DNA from: Bifidobacteriaceae bacterium
GTDB lineage: Bacteria > Actinomycetota > Actinomycetes > Actinomycetales > WQXJ01
Length of the DNA: 64,000 nt
Assembly: GCA_031281585.1 (NCBI GenBank)
Contig: JAITFE010000060.1
Location: 26,782-90,781 of the forward strand
Reading direction: 5' to 3'
Shown one piece after another: positions 1 to 9,000 of this stretch; the stretch's first letter is position 1; each line of letters starts with the position of its first letter. The position numbers and the translations under genes were made by a program. A model generated the notes under the pieces. It made no database searches. It saw only the letters and a list, made by a program, of their open reading frames with translations, and was not told where the DNA came from.

Positions 1-111
1 CTGTCCGGAACGTCGCCCCTGAAGAAGGCCCTGCGGCAGGTGGCGATCGGCTGGGGGGCCGCCGCCGTCACCTATCTGCTTGGGCTGGCCTTCGGCACCA
101 CGGTCGGCTGA
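1..111 (+). CDS. C-terminal fragment of a membrane protein, possibly VIT1/CCC1 family (5' end outside the window)
   Basis: Frame +1 is open from the window edge to TGA at 109-111. The tail ...ALRQVAIGWGAAAVTYLLGLAFGTTVG is a terminal hydrophobic helix resembling VIT-family C-termini. Only about 36 aa are visible. Confidence 0.35.
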   Translation: MSGTSPLKKALRQVAIGWGAAAVTYLLGLAFGTTVG

Positions 112-245
112 GCCGGCGCCGGCGCTCCGCGAGGAGCCGGAGGCCGAGCGGGATGGCGACCAGAACCGTCTCACGGCTGGTCCCCAGGGCAGAAGCTTGA
201 TCCACGGTCGGCTGAGCCGACGCCGCCTCGACCTGGTCCGTCCCC

Positions 246-890
246 GTGGCGGGGGCCAGATCGCCGATGCCGAATATGATCAATGAGATCGGGGCCAACC
301 CGGCGGATCACTTGCGGAAGGGGCGGGCCGTGGCGCGACGGAGAAACGGCATCGCGATCACTTGCGTCGGCCTCTTGGCCGCCTTTGCGCTAACCGGTTG
401 CGAGCCGAACCCGACCGGGCGCGGAGGCGAACCGTCCGCGACGGCATCGGATCAGACAACCTTGGCCAGCGTCGAGGTGGGCGATGGCACCCCCTTGCCC
501 TGGATCCGCGAAGACCCCGCGGCCGGGGCGCCGCGTGCGCTGGCGGCGCTGGCCGAGGGCCACAACCTGGCGGCGGCCCCGGAAGTGCGCCTCGGATCAC
601 GGATCACGGTCACGTTCGCGGGCGCGCCCCCCGCCGCCGTGGCGTTGACCGACGAGGTGGTGGACGCCGAAGGAACGGCGCGCTACGCCGGGAAGCCGCA
701 GACCATCGAGTTGAGCGCGGCCGATGGCGTGTTCGCCTTCGAACTGCCGGCCAACCCCGCCGCCATGCTGAGTTCGGACTCGGCGGACTATCTGCCCGGA
801 GCGGTCATCAGGGGCTTCACCCTGGCCGTCACCTCGGAGGAGGGCACCGCCACCTACGCCTTCGCGCTGCGCACCGACGCCTATCGGTGA
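246..890 (+). CDS. Hypothetical secreted lipoprotein
   Basis: 214-aa ORF. A basic n-region (RRRNG) is followed by a hydrophobic stretch ending in the lipobox LTGC. The true start is uncertain because there are several in-frame starts. Confidence 0.5.
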   Translation: MAGARSPMPNMINEIGANPADHLRKGRAVARRRNGIAITCVGLLAAFALTGCEPNPTGRGGEPSATASDQTTLASVEVGDGTPLPWIREDPAAGAPRALAALAEGHNLAAAPEVRLGSRITVTFAGAPPAAVALTDEVVDAEGTARYAGKPQTIELSAADGVFAFELPANPAAMLSSDSADYLPGAVIRGFTLAVTSEEGTATYAFALRTDAYR

Positions 891-899
891 TCCGGCCGA

Positions 900-1400
900 A
901 GCGAGGGGGTTTGGGCCCGCTTCGGGGAGAAACGGACAACCGGCGCCGATGCCGTGTGCCGGCCCAGCGGCATCGTCGCAGATCACCGGGCTGGCCGGTT
1001 ACGCGGCCGACCGGGAGCCTGTCCGGAACTCCCCAAAGCAAGCCGAAAACCGCCGCTTCGGGGAGAAACGGACAACCGCCGCCGACGCCGCCAACCCGCC
1101 ACACGGCATCGTCGCAGGTCAGCGGACCGGGCGTGCACGGGGCCGACCGGGAGCCTGTCCGGAACTCCCCAAAGCAAGCCGAAACCCGCCGCTTCGGGGA
1201 GAAACGGACAACCGGCGCCGATGCCGCCAACCGGCCACACGGTATCGTCCCAGGTCAGCGGACCGGGCCTTTACGTGCCCGACCGAGGCCCTGTCCGGAA
1301 CTCCCCGACGCAAGCCGAAACCCGCCGCTTCGGGGAGAAACGGACAGCAGCCGAACGGCCGGGCCTGGCGGTGCGGGGGCCAGGCCCGGCCGTTCGGCGT
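900..1400. repeat. Tandem repeat, about 136-bp unit, about 3.6 copies
   Basis: GACCGGGAGCCTGTCCGGAACTCCCCAAAGCAAGCCGAAA..CCGCCGCTTCGGGGAGAAACGGACAACC recurs at about 1009, 1145 and 1281, with a partial copy from about 900. It lies in the convergent intergenic gap between the lipoprotein gene and the LPXTG gene. Confidence 0.85.
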
Positions 1401-1440
1401 TGCTAGGCGGTCGGCGTTTGGCGCTGTCGGCGATCGAGGC

Positions 1441-4400
1441 TCATTGGGCGGGGCCTTGGCGCGCCAGCTTGCGCCGACGCGAACCCAGGAGCGTGGCGGC
1501 GCCGATCAGAATCAGGCAGGTGGCCACGCCGATGGCGGCCTGGGGCCTGAGGCTGGAGCCCGTCACCGGAAGCGCGGCCTGGCTGGAAGCCGACTGGCCG
1601 GGGGCGGACTGGCCCGGCGTCGGGTCGCCCGAGTCGCTCGGTTCTGGGGTTCCGATCACCACCACCTGGGCCGAAGCCTCGGAGGCGGGGGAGGCCCCAA
1701 CCGCGTTGACCGCGACAACCGTGGCCCGGTAGGTCCCCGGACCGAGGTCGGTGAACACCGCCGAAGTCGCGGACGCGGCCACTTCCCGCGCCAGCGGCTC
1801 CGGGCCGCCCAGCAACTGAACCGTGTAGCCGGTGATCGGCGATCCGCCGTCCGCCGGCGCCTCCCAGGTGACCGTCACGGTGGAGCCGATGGCCACGATG
1901 CCGGGCTTCGCCGGCGCGGCTGGCGCCGAGGCCAGTGCGCGCGTTACGGCCAGCGCGACAGGTGCCGACGGGCCGTAAACGACGGTGCCGTCCTCGCCGA
2001 CAACGGCCACTGAGAATTCGGCCCCGTTAAGATCGGCCGTGGCCGTGAAAGCGTGGGTGGCCGAGGTGGCCCCGGCGACCGGGCTGGCCTCGTCCGCCCC
2101 GGGCGCCTTGACGTACCACTGGTAGCGGTCCAGCACCGTTGAGGGCGCCACCGTCGCGGTGAGCGTGACAGTCTGGCCCTCAACAGCCTGGGGCTCGCCC
2201 GCGATGGACACGACCTGGGGAGCCGCGGCCCCGTGGTCGTCCACCGCCACGGTCACGGGGGCCGAAGTGTGGGTCACCTCGCCGCCCACCAGCCGTTCCG
2301 CTGTGACGATGGCGCCGTCGAGGGCCTGCTCGGCGGTCAAGGTCAGCACCTCGGAGTCCGTCTCCTGGACCACATGCGGCCCGGCCTGGTCGGCTCGTTG
2401 GACCGACCAGCGGAAGGTCGCGGGAGCCGGGTCCTCCGGGGCGAGCACCGCCGTCAAAGTGACCGGTTGGGAGGAGTGGTAGTGGCCGGCCAGGCCCAGG
2501 ATGTGCAGCCCCGGCTCGGTCGGCGCGGGCAATTCGACCCGCATCTCCTGTGGCGTCGACTCGGCGACCCGGTGCCCCTCGGCGTCCAACACCGCCACGC
2601 GCCACAAGAATCCGTCCCAGCCCTGTTGAGCCGTGAAGGTCAGGTCCGCCGTGGTGACGGGGCCTTGGGCGTCGCGGATCGTGTACCAGGACTCCGCGCC
2701 GGTTTGCTTGAGCTCCCAGCTGTAGGTCGCCCCTTCGACCGTAGGCGAGTGGGCCGCCGTCAGCGTGTAGACCTGGCCGGCGACGAACCGCTCCAGGAAG
2801 TTCGTGATCACGACGGTGGTCGGGACGGGCTCGGCGACGGGGGTGAGCACAAAGCCTCGGGCGCCGTCCGCCGTGGCGGCGGTGCCGACAATCTGGCCGG
2901 ACTCGTTGACGTCTGAGGCGGACTGCAGGGTCACGCCCTCCGGCAAAGCCGCGACCCGCGAGTTCAGGTCAACCGCTCCGGTCGCGTCCCAGCCGGTGGC
3001 GGCCCCGCCAAAGGAGGTGTTGCCCGCGAACTTGGAGGTGTAGCCGACAATCACGCCTCCCGAGACCGCCTTGGCCGCCGCGTGCGTGTAATCGGAAACC
3101 TCAGGGAGCGCCAACGTGTACGGAACTCCGTCCGTTCCCCACGCCACCGGCCTTTCGGTTGACCCGGCCGTGGCGCTTCCCACGGCGAGGCCATCCGACC
3201 GCACGCCGGCCACCGCCGGGGAACTCGCGCCCTGCGGCGTTTCGAGCAGGCGAGCGCCTTGCGCGTCCCAGACAACGCCCAGGAGTCGGCTGCCGCTTTG
3301 ACCGGGCAGAGTCAACGACCCCCGGCCGCCAACGACCTGGCCGTCGGCGATGGTGGTCGCGGTCAAGGAGGCGGCCGTGGTCCCCGCCGGGCCCGGGATG
3401 GGCAAAGTGGTGACGGCACCATCGGCGGCCAACCGGACGGCCGCGCCGGAGGCGGAGCCAACGGCCACGCCGTCGTTGTCGATGTCATTCAGGATTCCGG
3501 TGCCTGCCGCGTTCAAGCTCGTCACGTGTTCGGGGGCGGTCGTGCCCTCCCAACGGATCGGGATGGAGGCGCCCTGGGAGTCGAAGGCCTCGCCGACAAT
3601 CTGGCCCTGGTTGTTCACGTCGAAGCCCCGGGAGAACTGGGAACCGTCAAGGTTGGCGAGCTCATGGGCGTGGAAGTGGTCGCCGTGGGCCTCCCAGAGA
3701 ACGGTCCGCTGGGGCTGCGCCGAACTGGTCGGGCGCGTGATCCCCACGACGTCGCCCTGGTCGTTCAGACCCAGCGCGCCGGCCGAGGCCCCGCCATTGG
3801 TCGGTTCGAGGAGCGTCAGGCTGTACTCCTGGGCCAGCCGGCCGAGTCCCAGCGCCGCTCCCGGTTGGGCGACGCTCACCGACACGGGCGCCGAAGGGCC
3901 GTAGGCCACCTCGCCCGTTGGCTTCAGAATGGACACCCGGAAGGACGCCCCGTCCTCGCCCAGCGCGGCCGGCAGCGTCAGCGCGGATGCGCTCTGGCCG
4001 CCGACCGGCGTCCAGTCCCCCGACCCGGCGAGCTTCTTCTCCCACAAGTGGTCGGTCAAGACCGTCGAAACACCCTCGGGCAGTTCCAAGCGCAGCGACA
4101 GCGGCTCGCCGACCAGGTAGGAGGCCTTGCCCCCGATAGCCGGTGCCTGGAGGGCGGCGGCGCCGTGGTCGTCCTCGTGGATGACCCGCGTTTCAGAGAA
4201 GGTGGGTGCCGCCTGCGGGTCGGCGCGGATCAACGCCACCCGCACCTCGACTCCGTTGAGCGCCTGCTCGGCTGCCACAGTCCACGAGTCGGTGGGGTTG
4301 CCGGGGATCGGCGACCATTCCCCGCCGGGCCATTTCCACTGCCATTGGATGGTGTCGCCGGCGGCAGGCGCCGGGTCGATGTTCAAGCTCAGGTGGATCG

Positions 4401-5469
4401 GGCTGCCTTGGTGGTAGTGGCCGTCTAGGGCCCCGAGTTCGACCACTTGGCCGGTCGGCGCGTTTGCCACAACGACGTTCACCGGGGCCGATGCCGACGA
4501 TTTCGCCAGGTTGTCGACCTCCGGCACGAACACCGCGGTCACCTGGTGGTCGCCCAGGCTCAGGTCCTCCGTCAGGAATTCCGCCTCGCCCGCAGCGAGC
4601 CTGACGTGGCCCAGGACGTTTTGGCCGTCCCGGAACTCCACGTACCCCTGCACGCTCGCCGGCTCCACGGTGGCGTGGAGCTCCAGTTCTTCTCCGACAA
4701 CGACGGTCGAGGCCCCGTGCACGTGCAACTGGGTGGTCGTGACGGCCTGCGCCGGCAAGTCCCCCACGACGAAGGTGTAGACGGCGGTGTCGCCGACCGG
4801 CGCGCCGCCGACTTTGGCCTGGGCGGCCACCGTCAGAGCGTAGATGCCGGGCTGGGTGAAAGCCCAGTTGGCGTGCATGTGGACGTTACCGCGCGTGAAA
4901 CTCTTGAAGCCGTCCTCGTCGCTCGACCAGAGGCGTTGTGGGGCACCGAACGTTCCGCTTTGCCACAGTTCCACGTCTCCTGGACCCTCCACCCCGACCA
5001 GAGTCAGCGTGGTGTCGTTGCCGTCCAGAGTGCCGAGCGGGACCGACTCCGTGGAGAAGCCGGGCCAAAGCTCGCCACCCACCTGGGTTTCCGGAGCGAT
5101 CCAAACGGTCGAGCCGGGCGCTGCCACGAACTCAAAACCGGCGGGAAAGCCGGTGAGCCGCAATCCGTTGCTGACGTGGAACCACACCTGGTCCGCCTCG
5201 TAGCGGGTGTGGGCCGTCGGCGTGTCCGCCTTCGCGGCCAGGACAAGTTGCCCCTGATCCCAAAAGGTCGAGATCGCGTCCGCGTGGACGCCTGCGATCA
5301 CGGTCCGGTGGGACGGAGCCGGTGCCGGCCCTGCCGTGCCGACGGGCGGGGCGGCGTAAGCGGTCCCGGTTGCGGCCGCGAACGCCCCGATGGCGAGGCT
5401 CGCGGAGGCCAGGAAAGCGGCGTTCTTCTTGAAAACCCTCATTCGTCTGATTGCCTTTCTGGGGGTCAT
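1441..5469 (-). CDS. LPXTG-anchored cell-surface protein (choice-of-anchor-M-like domain, HAF-like repeats, Ig-like repeats, FN3-like module)
   Basis: 1342-aa ORF.
- Signal peptide MRVFKKNAAFLASASLAIGAFAAATGTAYA, so the true start may be 5439 rather than 5469.
- The C-terminus has LPVTG, a hydrophobic helix and RRRK, which is a sortase sorting signal.
- The N-terminal region (HADAISTFW...WIAPETQ...HMHANWAFTQPGIY) resembles the actinobacterial surface-anchored TIGR03769/choice-of-anchor M domain.
- The middle has NNQGQIVG-type HAF-like repeats.
- An FN3-like module (TVTWEAPADGGSPITGYTV) sits near the C-terminus. Confidence 0.9.
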   Translation of the reverse strand: MTPRKAIRRMRVFKKNAAFLASASLAIGAFAAATGTAYAAPPVGTAGPAPAPSHRTVIAGVHADAISTFWDQGQLVLAAKADTPTAHTRYEADQVWFHVSNGLRLTGFPAGFEFVAAPGSTVWIAPETQVGGELWPGFSTESVPLGTLDGNDTTLTLVGVEGPGDVELWQSGTFGAPQRLWSSDEDGFKSFTRGNVHMHANWAFTQPGIYALTVAAQAKVGGAPVGDTAVYTFVVGDLPAQAVTTTQLHVHGASTVVVGEELELHATVEPASVQGYVEFRDGQNVLGHVRLAAGEAEFLTEDLSLGDHQVTAVFVPEVDNLAKSSASAPVNVVVANAPTGQVVELGALDGHYHQGSPIHLSLNIDPAPAAGDTIQWQWKWPGGEWSPIPGNPTDSWTVAAEQALNGVEVRVALIRADPQAAPTFSETRVIHEDDHGAAALQAPAIGGKASYLVGEPLSLRLELPEGVSTVLTDHLWEKKLAGSGDWTPVGGQSASALTLPAALGEDGASFRVSILKPTGEVAYGPSAPVSVSVAQPGAALGLGRLAQEYSLTLLEPTNGGASAGALGLNDQGDVVGITRPTSSAQPQRTVLWEAHGDHFHAHELANLDGSQFSRGFDVNNQGQIVGEAFDSQGASIPIRWEGTTAPEHVTSLNAAGTGILNDIDNDGVAVGSASGAAVRLAADGAVTTLPIPGPAGTTAASLTATTIADGQVVGGRGSLTLPGQSGSRLLGVVWDAQGARLLETPQGASSPAVAGVRSDGLAVGSATAGSTERPVAWGTDGVPYTLALPEVSDYTHAAAKAVSGGVIVGYTSKFAGNTSFGGAATGWDATGAVDLNSRVAALPEGVTLQSASDVNESGQIVGTAATADGARGFVLTPVAEPVPTTVVITNFLERFVAGQVYTLTAAHSPTVEGATYSWELKQTGAESWYTIRDAQGPVTTADLTFTAQQGWDGFLWRVAVLDAEGHRVAESTPQEMRVELPAPTEPGLHILGLAGHYHSSQPVTLTAVLAPEDPAPATFRWSVQRADQAGPHVVQETDSEVLTLTAEQALDGAIVTAERLVGGEVTHTSAPVTVAVDDHGAAAPQVVSIAGEPQAVEGQTVTLTATVAPSTVLDRYQWYVKAPGADEASPVAGATSATHAFTATADLNGAEFSVAVVGEDGTVVYGPSAPVALAVTRALASAPAAPAKPGIVAIGSTVTVTWEAPADGGSPITGYTVQLLGGPEPLAREVAASATSAVFTDLGPGTYRATVVAVNAVGASPASEASAQVVVIGTPEPSDSGDPTPGQSAPGQSASSQAALPVTGSSLRPQAAIGVATCLILIGAATLLGSRRRKLARQGPAQ

Positions 5470-5639
5470 GCGGCGGTTGGCAACGCCTGGGCCGGAGGCC
5501 AGGCCTGTCCGGGAACAGCTTCAGGGGCGGACCGCGCAAGACCCTTGAGCGCCTGAGCCCGCCGCCGGTTTGGTCGCCGCAACTGCGACGACGTTCGGCG
5601 ATTCGCGGGCTCCCAGCCTCCGCAGGGTTCGTGGTCCAC

Positions 5640-5690
5640 TGAATGATAACCATTCCTATTAAATCCAATACAATAGGCGGTTGCGCCCAA
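5640..5690 (-). promoter_or_regulatory. AT-rich island with the inverted repeat CCTATT-N11-AATAGG; candidate promoter/operator for the 1342-aa surface-protein gene
   Basis: This is the only strongly AT-rich patch in the 600-bp gap between the two LPXTG genes (gaatgataaccattcctattaaatccaatacaatagg). It lies about 180-220 nt upstream of the 5469/5439 start. On the minus strand it contains a TATCAT-like -10 candidate. Confidence 0.3.
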
Positions 5691-5814
5691 ATGCACAAGC
5701 TGGCGACGTCGGCGCCCGCCGACGTCGCCTATCCGCAGGTTGGCGGTCCTGCGCCGTTGGGCGCCGCCTGGGGCGGCCCCCGCCAGTCGCCGCCTGCCAA
5801 GCCACAAGGTGGCT

Positions 5815-5995
5815 ATCACTCGCCAACCAGCGGCGCGTTATCCGCGAACCGGCTGGACGGGGCACCCGTTCCGGGCGTGACGACATCGCTCGCCAAACGG
5901 CACCGCGTTGTCCGCGAACCGGGTGGACCGGGCACCCGTTCCGGGCGTGACGACATCGCGCGCCAAACGGCACCGCGTTATCCGCGAACCGGCGG
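5815..5995. repeat. Tandem repeat, 70-bp unit, about 2.4 copies
   Basis: CGCGTT(A/G)TCCGCGAACCGG..GGCACCCGTTCCGGGCGTGACGACATCGC.CGCCAAACGGCAC recurs at 5834, 5904 and 5974. Confidence 0.8.
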
Positions 5996-6086
5996 CCATG
6001 CGCCATTGGGCACCGCCTGCGGCGGCTCCGCTGGTCGGTGCCCGCCTGCGCCGCCGGCGTCAGCCGTCGCGCCTGCGGCGGCCTCC

Positions 6087-9000
6087 CTACTGGGCGCGGA
6101 GTCTGCGGCGGGCGGCCGCCCCCGCCGCGCCGCCGGCCAGGATCAGGGCGCAGGCGACCAGGCCCAAGCCGATCGCCGCCGGTCCGGTGAATGGCAGGCC
6201 GCCAGGCGGGCGCGCCCCCGGCGGCTGGGCGGGCGGGACGGTGTGGCCAGGACCAGCGGTTGGAGCCTGGGAGGCGGCCCAGCCCGGCGCGGACGAGGCG
6301 CTCGGCGAACCGGGCGAAGTCGGAGACGCCGATGGGCTCGGCGAGACCGGCGGGCCGGGGCAATCAACCTTGTAACCGGCGCTGTGCCGCCCGGACAGCG
6401 GGCCGGTCAGGACCACGGTCTGCTGGCCGTTCGGCGAATCCGCCGGGGTGGTCCACGCCAACTCGACCCGGCCGTCCGCGTCCGCCTTGGCGGTGCCCAA
6501 GAGCGCGCCGTCGCCAGTCGTGGCCGTGACATCCTCGCCGGGCTGGAAGTTGCGGCCGGTCGCCGCTTGCCTGGCCGCGCCGCACAGTGTTCCCAAGCTC
6601 AGGTTGACCTGCGGTTGGCCCACCCGCCACTTGACGCCGGTCGAATTGCCGGCGGCGTCCGTGACCGTGACGGTCACGATGGCGCCCTCGGGTTGTTTGG
6701 GCGTCAGCCCGCAGTCGAAGCGGCCGTCCCGGCCGACCGGGCAATTCGCCAGCGGACGGCCCTGTGAGTCCTCCACGGTGACGCTCAACTCACCCGCGGC
6801 GGCCGCCGCCGAGTCCTCCGCCGCGACCTGCCCCGTCAGGCGCCCGCCGTCGGTTGGATCGGGCCGGGCCGGGCTGGGCGGGGTCGAATCGGTGAACGCG
6901 ATCCGGGCCCGGGCGGTTTCGTCAGGCGCGACAACCCCGTCCGCGATCCCAACCGGCTTGTCGCCCACAACGCCGGTCACGTCGTAGCGGCCCTCCGCCC
7001 CTCGGTACACGGCGGTGGCGACCCCGCCGGACGCCGGCGCCGCAATCTCTCCGCCGGCCCCGTCCCCCGAAGGCGCGGGTCCGTAGTCCACCAGCGACGC
7101 GGCGGCGTGGACCACTGCGGGGCCGGTCACCTGGCCCGAGCCCTCGCCCACCCAGGTGCCTGCCGGCACCGACAGAGCGACCGGACAAGGCAGCTGCCTG
7201 CCTCCGGACCAGCAGGACGCCAGGTTGCCGTTGGCGTCCCGCAGAGTCGCCGTGACGGTCTGACCAGCCGGATCATCGGCTCTGGCCGGCGCGGGCGGGC
7301 TGGTCAGCTCCGACCGCGACGCGTCAGGCGGTCCGCCCACGAACAGCGCGGTGCGCGCGTGGCGGTGGCCGCCGGGTTCGGTCGGGATGGGCGAACCGCC
7401 CAGGTTCGCCCCGACCAGCGCCCAGCCCGCCACCGTCGAGGTCACCTGGATGGCGACCCGGCCGTCATCGCCCGTCGCGTAGGAGCCGACAGGGCAGCTG
7501 CCGCCCGGCTCGGCGGGGCTGACAACGCTCATTCCGGCAGGCAGCTGCGGCGTGACGCACGCCCCCGCGACCGGCGCCGCAGCCGCGCCCGTCTGGCCGT
7601 TCATGACCGTGGCCGTCAACGTGTAGGAGTCGGCGCCGTCAGCCGTCACCACCGCAGCCGTCGAATCGGTCCGCAGCAACGTGAACGATGACGCCGCCGC
7701 CGAACCGGCCTGGTCCCCGGCCGCGAAGGCCACGTCGCCGGGGCTCAGGTCGACTGTCAGCGCGCCGGCGGCGACCGTCGCCGAAACCGGGAAGGTTCCC
7801 GCGAAGGCGGACACAATTGGCGCGTAGGCCAGGCCGGGCGTGTAGACGCCGTCCTTCAGGCAGTTGGCCGGGGCGGCCGACACGTTGGCGGCGTCACCCG
7901 CGCTCCCAGCGGCGGCGGCCACGTCGGTTGGGCTGCTCAAACCTGGGGCCCCGGCGGCCTCGGCCGCAGCCCCCTGGTTTTGCGCCCGGCCGACCGCGCC
8001 CCCACCCTGGGGTTCGGCGCCGCCGGCGGCTTGGGCCGGGCAACTCGCCACGGTCAATTCCTTGGCTTCCGGCGGACGCGAACCGTCCGCGAAGACCGGC
8101 GTCCCCGCAGTCCCCGGCTGGGCGGCGGGCACGGTGAAGGAGACCTTGGCCCCCGGCACGCCATTGCCGAAGCGGTCTTGCACCACCACTCGCGCCCATG
8201 ACTGGTCCGTCAGGTTGGCGGGCACGGCGGGACGGAACGTCTCGAAGCTCGCGGCGGTGCGCGCCGGGTCGACGGGGCCCGCCACAAACTCAGCCCGCTT
8301 CACGCTTTGGCCGTAGTCCGGATCGGCCTGGGGGCCGCCCACCGCCTGGGGCACGCCGTCCACCTCGACAAACGCGCGGACCCAGACCCAGCCGGCTTTG
8401 TCCCCGGGCGCGCCGAACGGCACGCTCGCCTGGCCGTCCGGCCCCGAACGCTGGGCCTCGGAGGTGGTCCAAGGGCCCGCGCCGGGGGCCGTCGCCGAAC
8501 CCCGCGCCCACTGGAACACCACGGGAGCGCCCTCGACCGCGTTGCCGGCGGCGTCCCGCACCGTCACGGTCGCCACATGCTGCTCTTCACCCGCGCGTTT
8601 GGGCTCCGCGCCCGTTGGGATGGCCAACTCGGAGGCCGCCCCTGAGGGGGTGCCCGCTACAAAGGTCAAGGCCACCTTGCCGTCCGTTCCGAGAGTGGTC
8701 GATCCGGCGGCGTCTTTCACGGTCAGCAAAGGCCGCTCCGGCGGCCCCGCCAGGGCGGCGGTGACCACATAGCGGCCAGCTCTGAGCGACGTGAAACGGC
8801 AGGTCGCAGCGCCAGCCACAGCCGTCGCCACGACGGAGCCGGGTCCGGCGACCGCGTCCTGGTCCGTCCCGCACGCCACCGCCAACCCGGCGGGCAGATG
8901 GAAAACCACCTCAGCCCCGGAGACCGGGTTGCCGTTGGCGTCCCGCAGTTCCGCCGCCACCGGGAGTTCGGCCACGCCGTCCGCCACCGCCGCGCCGGCC

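Noticed and set aside
900-1400. This tandem repeat, and those at 5815-5995, 28944-29073 and 60970-61185, considered as CRISPR arrays.
   Set aside because: The units are contiguous with no unique spacers and have the wrong lengths and periodicities. No cas genes are present.
362-1732. A 456-aa ORF (and 949..2013, 354 aa) running through the 136-bp tandem repeat.
   Set aside because: The translation is repetitive Arg/Pro/Gly low-complexity sequence. It overlaps the better-supported lipoprotein ORF and the 3' end of the LPXTG gene, so it is an artefact of composition and repeats.
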